A stretch of 64,000 bases of DNA from an uncultured delta proteobacterium (GTDB taxonomy: Bacteria; Desulfobacterota; Desulfobacteria; Desulfobacterales; JAFDCJ01): the NCBI GenBank assembly GCA_963769935.1, contig CAVYNY010000020.1, positions 96,001 through 160,000 of the forward strand. Direction: 5' to 3'. Made by a program: the position numbers and the translations under genes. Each line of letters begins with the position of its first letter. Positions within the stretch are counted from its first letter, which is position 1. The notes beneath the pieces were generated by a model, which was not told where the DNA came from, did not search any database, and saw only the letters and a program-made list of their open reading frames with translations. Of the stretch, positions 30,262 through 40,282 are shown piece after piece.

Positions 30262-31503
30262 ATGAAAGAAAAAAAAAATAATGCACGATGGATTCTGCGG
30301 GTGCTTCTAGTCGGTGGACTCTTTGCCGCGACAGGTTTGATTCCCTTCTCCCGGGCCGGGGCCGAAACCTGGCCGCAGATTCTTGAAGGCGCCCGCGGCC
30401 GGACAGTTGACTGGTATATGTATGGGGGATTTGCTTCCGCGAACGCTTATGTGAACGGTTATTTGGCGCCGCGGGTCATGGAGCTTTACGGCATCAAACT
30501 GCGTCAGGTACCGATTAAAGACATCGCCGAGGTGGTCGGCAAAATTCTGATCGAAAAGCAGGCCGGCAAAAATGAAGGCGGCGAGGTCGATTTAATGTGG
30601 ATTAACGGCGAGAACTTTCGCACCTGCAAGAAAAACAATTTGCTGTTTGGGCCGTTTGCCGATTTGCTGCCCAATCAAAAACTGGTGGACTGGAATCGCT
30701 CTTCGGTTTCCAACGACTTCGGTGAACCGGTAGAAGGCTATGAATCGCCCTGGGGCAGTGCTCAGGTGGTGATGATATACGATTCAAAACGCACCCCCGA
30801 TCCACCGCAAACTATGGGCGGACTGTTGGCATGGATCCAGGCCCACCCGGGTCGTTTTACCTACCCGGCGCCGCCGGATTTTACCGGCTCGGTTTTTGTG
30901 CGCCATGTGTTCTACCATGTGGCCGGCGATGTAAATTCCTGGCAGGGTAAGTTCGATGAACAGGCCTTTGCCAGGGCGGCCGCCAAAACCTATCAGGTTT
31001 TAAATGATATTGCTCCGAGTCTGTGGCGCCAGGGCAAAACTTACCCGCAAAGCCCGGTCCAGTTGCACCAGCTGCTGGCCGATGGGGAGGTCGATTTTGC
31101 CATGAGCTATCATCCGGCCCAGGCGTCTGAAATGATCCACGAAGGTCTGTACCCCGACACCGTGCGCACCTTTGTGTTTAAGGAGGGAACCATCAGCAAC
31201 ACTCATTTTGTGGCGATTCCGTTTAACGCCGCGGACAAGGAAGCCGCCATGGGCGTGGCAAATTTTCTGATCTCACCGGAGGCCCAGCTGCAAAAAGCAA
31301 ATATCGAAGTCTGGGGAGACATGCCGGCGATTGATATCAACCGCCTGGATGCCGCCTGGCAGGAGAAATTCAGGAAACTGCCCCGGGGTATTGCCACCCT
31401 CTCGGATAAAGAACTGCAAAGCCATCAACTCCCGGAGCCGCCGTCGGAAATTTTAATCCGCCTGGAAAAAGGCTGGGATCAGCATGTGCTTAAAGGCAGA
31501 TGA
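30262..31503 (+). CDS. ABC transporter substrate-binding protein, YnjB-like
   Basis: Signal peptide, VDLMWINGENF, ESPWG.AQ, GRFTYPAPPDFTG, HFVAIPFNA. Confidence 0.85.
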   Translation: MKEKKNNARWILRVLLVGGLFAATGLIPFSRAGAETWPQILEGARGRTVDWYMYGGFASANAYVNGYLAPRVMELYGIKLRQVPIKDIAEVVGKILIEKQAGKNEGGEVDLMWINGENFRTCKKNNLLFGPFADLLPNQKLVDWNRSSVSNDFGEPVEGYESPWGSAQVVMIYDSKRTPDPPQTMGGLLAWIQAHPGRFTYPAPPDFTGSVFVRHVFYHVAGDVNSWQGKFDEQAFARAAAKTYQVLNDIAPSLWRQGKTYPQSPVQLHQLLADGEVDFAMSYHPAQASEMIHEGLYPDTVRTFVFKEGTISNTHFVAIPFNAADKEAAMGVANFLISPEAQLQKANIEVWGDMPAIDINRLDAAWQEKFRKLPRGIATLSDKELQSHQLPEPPSEILIRLEKGWDQHVLKGR

Positions 31504-31509
31504 CAGAAG

Positions 31510-31697
31510 TACCCGTCGCCGCCCTGCGGGCTATGCCGCGGCAAGCAGAAGACAGATGACAGAGGACGGAGGACAGACGGCAGATAACAGAGCTCGCAGA
31601 AAACGCCGAGAAAGAAAATTATAATTAATCTCCGCGACCTCCCACCGGGGCGTAGGCCCTATGGGCCGGAGGCTGCGCTCTCAGCGGTGAGACCCTT
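31510..31697. repeat. Intergenic REP-like mosaic with degenerate 7-mer tandem (GACAGAN)n
   Basis: gcagaa-gacagat-gacagag-gacggag-gacagac-ggcagat-aacagag at ~31545-31591 plus imperfect inverted repeats. Confidence 0.55.
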
Positions 31698-31719
31698 CGC
31701 AAAAATGGTATCGGTTCCT

Positions 31720-32643
31720 GTGAACGATCACTCTAAAAATTTGCCGCAGGATACGGACGCGCGGACGAGGATCAGTCCGGGGTTTTTCAAAACAGCCGCC
31801 TTGGTTGCACCGGCGCTGGCGGTCGTGGCGGTTTTGTTCGGCGGCGGGCTGGGGCTGGGTTTGATTCAAAGCCTGGGACATTTGCCGGCGGCCGGCATGC
31901 AATCCATGTCCCTCACCCATTTTGCCAATGTGTTTGCGGATCCGGATTTTTTACAAAGTCTGGTGCTTACACTTTACGTTGCGTTGACATCCACTGTAAT
32001 CGCCGCCGGCCTTAGCATTGTCATGGCGGTTTTTCTGCTCTCGGTATCCGCCAAAAACCGCCTGATTCATTTTATTTTCCAGATTCCATTGACGGTTCCG
32101 CACCTGGTGATCGCGGTGGCCATGGTATTTATGCTGACGCCGGCCGGTTTGTTGTCAAGGGTAGCCCTCAAACTCGGCCTGATCGACTCTTCCGCGGCGT
32201 TTCCGCTGCTGGTAAACGATCGCTGGGGTATCGGTATGATACTGACCTATATCTGGAAAGAGATTCCGTTTATCACCCTGATGATTTTATCGGTGCTGCG
32301 CCGCAGCGGTGCCGAACTTTTGGAAGTCGGCCGGACCCTGAAAGCGGGCCGGTGGCAGCGGTTCCGCTACATCACCCTGCCCACCATTTTTCCCAGTCTG
32401 GGTGCGGCTTGTTTGATTGTCTTTGCTTACACCTTCGGCGCTTTCGAGGTGCCTTTTCTGTTGGGACGAACCTATCCCATGATGCTGCCGGTGTGGGCCT
32501 ACAAAAATTACAGCGATGTGGACCTGCTGGCCCGCCCCGAGGGCATCGCCACCGGACTGATCATAGCCGGAGTTGTCGTCGTTGCCATCGTGTGCTCCCA
32601 GGTGCTGACCCAGACCGCCCGGCGCCGGGGGATGATCCTGTGA
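31720..32643 (+). CDS. ABC transporter permease (YnjC N-half/PotB-like)
   Basis: Six TMs, PL.VPHLV.A, WKEIPF, EAA-like loop, FGAFEVPFLLG; start uncertain. Confidence 0.85.
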   Translation: MNDHSKNLPQDTDARTRISPGFFKTAALVAPALAVVAVLFGGGLGLGLIQSLGHLPAAGMQSMSLTHFANVFADPDFLQSLVLTLYVALTSTVIAAGLSIVMAVFLLSVSAKNRLIHFIFQIPLTVPHLVIAVAMVFMLTPAGLLSRVALKLGLIDSSAAFPLLVNDRWGIGMILTYIWKEIPFITLMILSVLRRSGAELLEVGRTLKAGRWQRFRYITLPTIFPSLGAACLIVFAYTFGAFEVPFLLGRTYPMMLPVWAYKNYSDVDLLARPEGIATGLIIAGVVVVAIVCSQVLTQTARRRGMIL

Positions 32644-33434
32644 GGGCGTTTTACCGCCATATGGCCGCAGCAGCAATGATTACCACTGTTGGGTTGCCGT
32701 TTCTGGTGCTGATTATATGGTCTTTCAGCACCCGCTGGTTTTACCCGCAATTGTGGCCCGCGCAGTGGGGACTGCGAGCCTGGCAGTATGTTTTCGGCAC
32801 CGCCGGTTCTCAAATCGTCGCGGGGTTGATCCAGAGCATGCTGGTGGCTCTGGTCACGGCCATAATTTCGGTTCTGATCGGCGTACCGGCCGGAAGGGCA
32901 CTGGGATTGTACAGTTTCAAAGGCAAGGACACGATTTCCATTATCCTGACGCTTCCGGTGATCGTACCCCCGCTGTGCGTGGCCATGGGACTGCAGCTGT
33001 GGTTTCTCAAACTGGGGTTGGCGGAAACGTTTGGCGGAGTGGTTCTGGTGCACCTGACGTTTTGTCTGCCTTACTCGGTTTTTGTCATGTGGGGGGTCTT
33101 TTCCAATTACAATCCGGATTACGAAGATCAGGCCCGTTCGCTGGGAGCTACTTCCTGGAAACTCATCACCCGCGTAATGCTGCCGCTGACTTTTCCCGGC
33201 ATCATAGTGGCCGGTTTATTTTCCTTTTTGCTTTCATGGAGTCAGTATCTGAGCACGTTGATCATCGGCGGCGGGCGGGTGACCACCCTGCCTATTTTGC
33301 TGTTTGCCCTCATGGGAAGCGGCGACCGGCCGGTGGCCGCCGCGGTCAGCATCGTATTCGTCGCCCCGGCGTTCCTGGCGCTGTTGTTCAGTGCCAGGTA
33401 TCTGGGCGGAAAAACTATTGCGGGGGTGCGTTGA
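32640..33434 (+). CDS. ABC transporter permease (YnjC C-half/PotC-like)
   Basis: W.YPQLWP, YEDQARSLGA EAA loop, FLLSWSQY; GTG start overlaps the previous stop (GTGA). Confidence 0.85.
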   Translation: MRAFYRHMAAAAMITTVGLPFLVLIIWSFSTRWFYPQLWPAQWGLRAWQYVFGTAGSQIVAGLIQSMLVALVTAIISVLIGVPAGRALGLYSFKGKDTISIILTLPVIVPPLCVAMGLQLWFLKLGLAETFGGVVLVHLTFCLPYSVFVMWGVFSNYNPDYEDQARSLGATSWKLITRVMLPLTFPGIIVAGLFSFLLSWSQYLSTLIIGGGRVTTLPILLFALMGSGDRPVAAAVSIVFVAPAFLALLFSARYLGGKTIAGVR

Positions 33435-34475
33435 TGGGTGAGCTGCTGCTGAAAAATCTAACCATCCGTTACGGCAGCGCAGCAGTGGTCCACGAATTCG
33501 ACCTTGCGGTATGTGATGCCGAGATGGTCTCCCTGCTGGGACCCAGCGGCGCCGGGAAGACCACGGTTCTCAAGGCCGTGGCCGGCCTGATCCATCCGCA
33601 AAAAGGTGAAATCATCATTGACGGGCAATCCGTACAGCATTTGCCCCCCGAAAAACGCAATGCGGTGATGGTGTTCCAGAAATCTCTCTTGTTTCCGTTT
33701 ATGAATGTGGCCCAAAACATCGGATTCGGCTTGCGCATGCGGGGGCAGCCCGGCGCGGAAATCCGGCAGGCAGATCGACCGGATCCTGGAACTGACGGAA
33801 CTCTCCGGTCTGGGACAGCGCAAAGTGCATGAACTTTCCGGCGGACAGCAACAGCGCGTAAGCCTGGCCCGGGCCCTGGTGCTCAAACCGGCCGTTCTCC
33901 TGCTGGATGAACCGCTGAGCAATCTGGATGCCAACCTGCGGCAGCAGATGCGCGAATTGATTCAGGACATCCAGGCCGAAACCCGGATCACCACCTTGTT
34001 CGTCACCCATGATCAGGCCGAGGCGCTGATGATATCGCACCGGGTGGGTCTGCTTTTAGACGGACGGCTACGCCAGGTCGGCGACCCCCGGGAGCTTTTT
34101 TACCGGCCGGCGGACACCGATGTGGCCCGCTTTTTCGGCGGCTGCAATTTTATCCAGGGTAAAGTAAGGGACGGGATGTTCCGGTCGGAGTTCGGCAATG
34201 CACCGGCACCGGCGATCAACGGCAACGGCCATTGGCTGACGGCCACCATCCGCCCGGAAGATATTCTCATCACCCCGGAGCCAAAATACGATCTGCAGGG
34301 AAAGGTCCAAAAAATCAATTTCGAAGGCAGCGCCACCCGCATCTGGGTGCAGTGCAGGGATACCCGTTTTGTGATCCTGACTTCAACAGCCGGTTTTGCC
34401 CCCGGCCAGAAGGTCGGCCTGCACCTGCCGCCGGCTAAAATCCGCATATTTCCTACCGAACAGGAATCCGTTTGA
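33434..34475 (+). CDS. ABC transporter ATP-binding protein (PotA-like; frameshift near 33766)
   Basis: GPSGAGKT and VFQ..LLFP.MNV in the first frame; LSGGQQQR, LLLDEP, VTHDQ and a TOBE-like tail in the second. Confidence 0.88.
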
Positions 34476-34526
34476 AATTAAAGGACATTTTAAATTCCAT
34501 TGCATTGGCGACCTCTTCGATAAACG

Positions 34527-35558
34527 ATGACACAAAACTTAATGTCCGACATGCTGCCCCAGGTGGCTGAATATCTTAACACCCGGGACTGGAAAGACGC
34601 CCCCGCCATGCGGGGCCGCCAATTTACGGTTTCGCCCTTAGCACAGGGCGAATACAACCTGAATTATCTGATATCGTCTGATTTTCTCCAACTCGTCTTT
34701 CGGGTAAATATCGGCACCCAGATCGATCGCGCCGATCAGATCGTCTACGAATATAAAGCCCTGGATCTGCTGAAGCATAGCGGGGTGACCCCCAGGCCCC
34801 ATTTTGTCGATGATACGCGCCGCTTCTTCGATCGCGGCATCCTGATCATGGACTATCTGCCGGGGGAAGCTCTGGACTACGACAGGGACCTGCCGCAGGC
34901 GGCCGCTCTTTTAGCAACCGTCCACCAGGTGGATGTTCCGGCTGAAAACAATCACCTGATTCGCGAAGACGCACCCCTGTCCCTGATTTATGAAGAGTGC
35001 GCCGGGTTGCTTCAGCAATACTTTGATTCGGATCTGGCAGATCCGGCTATCCGGGATTATTTGATGGATTTAAAGGCCTGGGCGGCCACAGCCCGGGCCG
35101 GGGAGGATTACTATCGGCAGGATCCCTGGCCGTGCATCGTGAATACGGAAGTCAACTCAGGCAATTTCATCGTAAACCGTAAAAAAGGAACGATTCACCT
35201 GGTGGACTGGGAGATGCCCCGCTGGGGCGACCCTTCCCAGGACCTGTCGCACTTCTGCTCGCCGCTGACCACCCTGTGGAAAACCGACTGGCGCATGTCG
35301 CCGGCGAAAAAGCGCGATTTTCTAAAAACTTACTGCCGGCACATCCAAGACCGCCACCTGCGGGATACCCTGGAAGAGCGGGTGCGCCTGCGCGATCCTT
35401 TTGTTTACCTGCGCGGCATTTCCTGGTCGGCCATGGGCTGGACGGCGTATCAAACCGGGTATTCCGGCATGAAAAACCCCGACACCTGGGCCAAGCTGCA
35501 ACAGTACCTGGACCTTGAATTCATCCGTTCGCTGTTTAATAAATTTATCGGCCACTGA
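34527..35558 (+). CDS. Aminoglycoside phosphotransferase/choline kinase-like fold protein
   Basis: QGEYN loop, VFR, MDYLPG, NTEVNSGN (variant catalytic loop), LVDWE, GDP..DL. Confidence 0.82.
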   Translation: MTQNLMSDMLPQVAEYLNTRDWKDAPAMRGRQFTVSPLAQGEYNLNYLISSDFLQLVFRVNIGTQIDRADQIVYEYKALDLLKHSGVTPRPHFVDDTRRFFDRGILIMDYLPGEALDYDRDLPQAAALLATVHQVDVPAENNHLIREDAPLSLIYEECAGLLQQYFDSDLADPAIRDYLMDLKAWAATARAGEDYYRQDPWPCIVNTEVNSGNFIVNRKKGTIHLVDWEMPRWGDPSQDLSHFCSPLTTLWKTDWRMSPAKKRDFLKTYCRHIQDRHLRDTLEERVRLRDPFVYLRGISWSAMGWTAYQTGYSGMKNPDTWAKLQQYLDLEFIRSLFNKFIGH

Positions 35559-35642
35559 TGCATGTTAAAACAGCAAATCAAATCATCCATGGAAAATCCG
35601 GTAGTGTGCAGCAATTCACCATAATCTGCTTTTGTTTGTGGT

Positions 35643-37481
35643 TTATTTCTTTTTCGTCTTGCCGCCGCGCAGGGTGTAGCGCTTGTGGGCCGAGAGGGCG
35701 GCTTTGCGCATGCGCACAGACTGGGGGGTTACCTCCACCAGCTCGTCTTCGCGGATGAAGCTGATGGTCTGCTCCAGGGTGATCGGTTTGATGGGAGACA
35801 ATATGACGTTTTCATCTTTACCGGAGGCGCGCATGTTGGACAGCTTCTTTTCCTTGCAGGGGTTGACGTCGATATCCTGGCCCCGGTTGTGTTCGCCGAT
35901 GATCATGCCTTCATAAACCGGATCGCCGGGCAATATAAAAAGCCGGCCCCGGGGCTCCAGGTTAAACAGGGCATAGGGGACGGCATGGCCGGTGCGATCG
36001 GCTACGATGGAGCCGGTGAAACGACTGGGGCACTCCCCGCGGAACGGCTCGTAGCCGTCGAAGAGGGCATGCATGATCCCGGTGCCGCGGGTATCGGTCA
36101 GAAACTCGTCGCGGTAACCGATCAGCGTCCGGGCCGGCACGGAAAATTCGATGCGCACCCGTCCCTTGCCGTTATTGACAAGGTTGGTCATCTTGCCCTT
36201 GCGCAGCGCGAGTTTTTCCGTCACAACGCCCAGAAAGCCCTCCTGGCAGTCGACCAGCAGCCTTTCTACCGGCTCGAGCTTTTGACCGTTTTGGTAGCGG
36301 AAAATGGCCTCGGGCCTGCCGACACAAAATTCATAGCCTTCCCGGCGCATGGTCTCGATTAAAATGGCCAGTTGAAACTCACCCCGGCCCTTGACCACGA
36401 TGCTGTCACGCTCTTCGGTTTCTTCCACGCCGATGGCCACATTGACAAGGGTTTCTTTTAACAACCGCTCCCGGATACGGCTGAACTGAACATACTTTCC
36501 TTCTTTACCGCCAAAGGGTGAGTTGTTGAAGGTAAATTTCATGGACACCGTGGGTTCATCCACGCTGATGCGGGGCAGGGCGACGGGGGCCTGCTGGTTG
36601 CAGATGGTATCGCCGATATTGACGTCGTCAATGCCCGCCAGCACCACAATGTCGCCCGGCTGGACCTCGCGCACCTCTTTTAATTGCATGCCCTCGTAGA
36701 CCTGAAGCTTGGAGATCTTGAGGGGCACGCGCCGGCCGTTTTTACCCAGGCAGACCAGACTGTCGTTGGACCGGGCCGTACCGTTAAAAGTTTTACCGAC
36801 GGCCAGTCGGCCCAGGTAATCCGAATAGCCCAGATCCGAGACAAGCATCTGAAAAGGTGCGCCGGGATCGTGGGAAGGGCCGGGAATCATTTCAAGGATG
36901 GTTTCGAACAGTACATTCAGGTTTGCGGCCGGCTCGTTCAGTTTTTTTTGGACAATTCCCTCCCGGCCGACGGCGTAGAGCAACGGAAATTCAATCTGTT
37001 CGTCGGTGGCATTGAGATCGATCAGCAGGTCGTAAATCTCATCGAGGACTTCGGCCGGCCGGGCATCCTGACGGTCGATTTTGTTGATGATCACGATGAT
37101 TTTAAGATCGGCCTCCAGGGCTTTTTTGAGGACAAACCGGGTTTGGGGCAACGGGCCTTCCGAGGCGTCCACCAGCAGAATCGCCCCATCCGCCATGGAA
37201 AGGGCCCGCTCCACTTCACCGCCGAAATCCGCGTGGCCGGGGGTGTCGATGATATTGATCCGCACCCCCTCCCAGAGGACCGAACAGTTCTTGGCCGCGA
37301 TGGTGATGCCGCGCTCGCGCTCCAGGTCCAGAGTGTCCATGAGCCGCTCGTCGACCTGCTGGTCGGCTCTGAAAAGACCGCTCTGCCGGAACATGGCATC
37401 CACCAGGGTGGTTTTGCCGTGGTCGACATGGGCGATGATGGCAATGTTGCGCAGGCTGTCGTTGATGATCGCGTCGGGCAT
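35643..37481 (-). CDS. typA: Translational GTPase TypA/BipA
   Basis: RNIAIIAHVDHGKTTLVD, ERERGITI, DTPGHADFGGEVER, GRGE, ELVEVTP. Confidence 0.97.
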   Translation of the reverse strand: MPDAIINDSLRNIAIIAHVDHGKTTLVDAMFRQSGLFRADQQVDERLMDTLDLERERGITIAAKNCSVLWEGVRINIIDTPGHADFGGEVERALSMADGAILLVDASEGPLPQTRFVLKKALEADLKIIVIINKIDRQDARPAEVLDEIYDLLIDLNATDEQIEFPLLYAVGREGIVQKKLNEPAANLNVLFETILEMIPGPSHDPGAPFQMLVSDLGYSDYLGRLAVGKTFNGTARSNDSLVCLGKNGRRVPLKISKLQVYEGMQLKEVREVQPGDIVVLAGIDDVNIGDTICNQQAPVALPRISVDEPTVSMKFTFNNSPFGGKEGKYVQFSRIRERLLKETLVNVAIGVEETEERDSIVVKGRGEFQLAILIETMRREGYEFCVGRPEAIFRYQNGQKLEPVERLLVDCQEGFLGVVTEKLALRKGKMTNLVNNGKGRVRIEFSVPARTLIGYRDEFLTDTRGTGIMHALFDGYEPFRGECPSRFTGSIVADRTGHAVPYALFNLEPRGRLFILPGDPVYEGMIIGEHNRGQDIDVNPCKEKKLSNMRASGKDENVILSPIKPITLEQTISFIREDELVEVTPQSVRMRKAALSAHKRYTLRGGKTKKK

Positions 37482-37664
37482 AATTTGTGTGTGTCCTTAC
37501 TGTGTATCCTTTAGCCGGCCAGGCCGGAATTCGCAATATAACCATCGGTTCGCCAATTACAAGAGCATAAAGCAAGTTGATTAAAGTCTTTGAAATGAAT
37601 ATCCTAGTATCGACAATAAATTTTTTACAGCTCGTCGCCGAGCGTCAAGACGGAGAAATCAATC

Positions 37665-38810
37665 ATGATCAAACCGATTTATCTGGATTACAATGGGACG
37701 ACGCCCCATGCCCCGGAAGTGATCGAGGCCATGCGGCCGTTTCTGGAAACCGAATTCGGCAATCCCTCCAGCACCCACTGGTACGGCATCAAACCCAAAC
37801 AGGCCGTGGAGACGGCCCGCCGGCAGGTGGCCGGCCTCCTCAACTGCAGTCCGGCCGAGGTTATTTTTACCAGCGGCGGCACGGAATCCAACAACCACGC
37901 CATCCGGGGCGTGGCCCGGCAGCTCAGGGGCAAAGGCAATCACATCATCACCAGCAGTTTCGAACATCCGGCGGTGCTCGAGGTCTGCCGCTACCTTGAA
38001 TCATATGGCTTTGAGACCACCTATCTGCCGGTCAGTGAAGAAGGTCTGGTGGATCCGGATGATGTCGCACAAGCCGTGCGCCCCACCACCATTCTGATCA
38101 CCATTATGCATGCCAACAATGAAGTCGGGACCGTGCAGCCGATTGCCGAAATCAGTCGTATCGCGAAACAACACGGCATCGTCATGCACACCGACGCCGC
38201 CCAATCGGTGGGGAAAATACCGACTGATGTCGCCCAACTGGGGGTGGACTTGCTCTCGGTGGCCGGCCACAAGGTGTATGCACCCAAGGGCATCGGTGCG
38301 CTGTATGTGCGCCCTCCGCTGGCGCCCGAAAAATTCTGCCACGGTGCCGGGCAGGAAATGGGCCGGCGGGCCGGAACCGAGAACGTGCCGGCAATCGTCG
38401 GGCTGGGTAAAGCCTGTGAAATCGCCCAACGGGATCTGGATAAAAATATGGCCCGTATGAAATTTCTGCGCGATCGGCTGCACGAGGGGCTTTTAGGGCA
38501 GCTGCCCAACATTCGCCTGAACGGACACCTCGACCACCGTCTGCCGAATACGCTGAATATCTCTTTCAGGGGGCGGGAAGCCAACCGCGTCCTGGAAGAT
38601 ATCGGTCTCGAGGTGGCCGCGTCGGCCGGTGCGGCCTGTCACTCGGACTTGGTGGAAATTTCCCATGTCCTGCATGCCATGGGTGTGCCCCTGGAATGGG
38701 CCAAAGGCACCCTGCGGTTCAGCGTCGGCCGAATGACGACCGAAGCGGAAATCGATAAAACAATTCGGGTGATAGCCGAGGCCTTAGGCCGGTCTGACTG
38801 CACTGCATAA
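37665..38810 (+). CDS. Cysteine desulfurase (NifS/IscS family, PLP-dependent)
   Basis: YLDYNGTTP, FTSGGTESNN, HTDAAQ, GHK, RAGTEN, SAGAACHS. Confidence 0.93.
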   Translation: MIKPIYLDYNGTTPHAPEVIEAMRPFLETEFGNPSSTHWYGIKPKQAVETARRQVAGLLNCSPAEVIFTSGGTESNNHAIRGVARQLRGKGNHIITSSFEHPAVLEVCRYLESYGFETTYLPVSEEGLVDPDDVAQAVRPTTILITIMHANNEVGTVQPIAEISRIAKQHGIVMHTDAAQSVGKIPTDVAQLGVDLLSVAGHKVYAPKGIGALYVRPPLAPEKFCHGAGQEMGRRAGTENVPAIVGLGKACEIAQRDLDKNMARMKFLRDRLHEGLLGQLPNIRLNGHLDHRLPNTLNISFRGREANRVLEDIGLEVAASAGAACHSDLVEISHVLHAMGVPLEWAKGTLRFSVGRMTTEAEIDKTIRVIAEALGRSDCTA

Positions 38811-38823
38811 AGGAAGGAGAAAG

Positions 38824-39114
38824 ATGATGGCAATTCGGGTACTGATGCGGAGAAAATTTTCAGAAGACAAGGCCGAGGCCCTGCGGGAACTCACCGGCAA
38901 AATGCGTATTCTGGCAATGGACCAGTCCGGGTACATCTCCGGTGAAACGCTTAAAAGAATAGACCGGCCGGGTGAGAGCCTTGTTATCAGCAAATGGAAA
39001 ACGCGGGAGGCGTGGGAGAATTGGTACAGGACGCCGGAGCGGGAAAGTATGCAAAAAAAATTCGACGAACTTTTGGGGGTGAAAACGGAGTACGAGATCT
39101 ACGATTTCGATTAG
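38824..39114 (+). CDS. Antibiotic biosynthesis monooxygenase (ABM) domain protein
   Basis: Q.GYISGETL, LVISKW...EAW..W; RBS AAGGAG. Confidence 0.82.
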   Translation: MMAIRVLMRRKFSEDKAEALRELTGKMRILAMDQSGYISGETLKRIDRPGESLVISKWKTREAWENWYRTPERESMQKKFDELLGVKTEYEIYDFD

Positions 39115-39576
39115 CTATTTCGCAATCGACATCACCTTGCAACCGAGTGCCGCCACGATGTCGCCGGGAGCCATTTTGAGCATGACACCCCGCTGCCCGG
39201 CGTTGATCAGGATCTCCTCATTGGCCAGAATGCTTTCTTCCATAAAGGTCTCCAGCCGCTGCTGTGTGCCGAAAGGACTGATCCCGCCGACCAGGTATCC
39301 GGTCAGCCGTTCGGCGGTTTTGATATCGACCATCGCACTGCGCTTGGCCCCGCACAGAGCCGCCAGCTTTTTGAGATCCAGCTCCCTGTGCCCGGGCAGC
39401 AGCGCCAGGCAGTAGCTTTTGCGGTCTAATTCCACCACCAGGGTCTTTACCGTGCGCGCGAGGGGATAGCCGGTAGCCTTGGCTGCGAATTCGGCCCCTT
39501 TCTCCTCGTGTTCATATTTGACCACTTCGTAGGGCAACTTTTTTCTCTTCAGATATGCAATCGCACGGGTGGACAC
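39115..39576 (-). CDS. ybaK: Cys-tRNA(Pro) deacylase YbaK/EbsC
   Basis: T.AI..L, KTLV, LDLKKLA, AERLTGYLVGGISPFG, INAGQRG. Confidence 0.92.
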   Translation of the reverse strand: MSTRAIAYLKRKKLPYEVVKYEHEEKGAEFAAKATGYPLARTVKTLVVELDRKSYCLALLPGHRELDLKKLAALCGAKRSAMVDIKTAERLTGYLVGGISPFGTQQRLETFMEESILANEEILINAGQRGVMLKMAPGDIVAALGCKVMSIAK

Positions 39577-39639
39577 AGGATGCCTGCCTTGGCTAGGCGC
39601 TTAGACGTAAGGTCTTCGCATTTTCTGATAAAATATTTT

Positions 39640-39752
39640 CTCGCAAAGCCGCAGAGCTCGCAAAGGTAATTTATTAAGTTAAACTTGGCGTCTTTGCGCC
39701 TAGTTTGCGAGTCCGCCGAAGGCGGATCGATTCCGGTTCATCCGGGTTAGGG
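39640..39752. repeat. REP-like imperfect inverted repeat cluster
   Basis: ctcgcaaagccgcagagctcgcaaag versus cttggcgtctttgcgcctagtttgcgag, plus hairpin tccgcc-gaa-ggcgga. Confidence 0.5.
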
Positions 39753-40035
39753 GACGGCAATTTGATTTTCACACGCGATTTCTATACAGCGGTGAAAGGG
39801 ATGTCAATCTGAAAAAGTAATTTTTGCAGCCTAGGGGCCAACACCGATGGACAAGCGGTCTGTTTCGCTCGTCTGTCGACGGGGGAATATTTTTTGCTTG
39901 ACAAGGTCGTTTTATAATTGTTAGTTACGCCCTCAAGCCGGGGCAGGAAGCCCCGGTGCGCCGTCAGCCGGTGAGTCAGATTGAAAACCGGAGCGACCTG
40001 CGGGTCTGAGGCGGTATTTCCATAAAATGTTAAAC

Positions 40036-40089
40036 AAAGCCACGAAGGCGATTTTCCCAAAATGGGGAAAAAGCGGTCGTGGCTTTTTT
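40036..40089 (+). terminator. Leader terminator-like hairpin, motif copy A (candidate attenuator)
   Basis: AAAGCCACGA / TCGTGGCTTT stem, inner TTTTCCC/GGGAAAA stem and U-run, ~190 nt upstream of the DUF4198 gene. Confidence 0.65.
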
Positions 40090-40282
40090 ATTTTTACGGG
40101 CCATGCGATGTTTTCATTTAGCGGCAATGTCGTTACTATGAACGCTTGAGGAATGATCTTCGATCATCGCATTCCTGAAAGCGCAAACAAAGCTGCTGAA
40201 CCCGGGTTTGAAGAGTCGGATTTGGAAATGCTCCATTAACCGTCACCCGATAACGGCAACCCAATTATAGGGAGGATTAAAA

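Noticed and set aside
31545..31591. Tandem repeats as a CRISPR array
   Set aside because: Units are 7-8 bp and degenerate, with no unique spacers and no cas genes; same for the arrays at 3735, 61373 and 62612.
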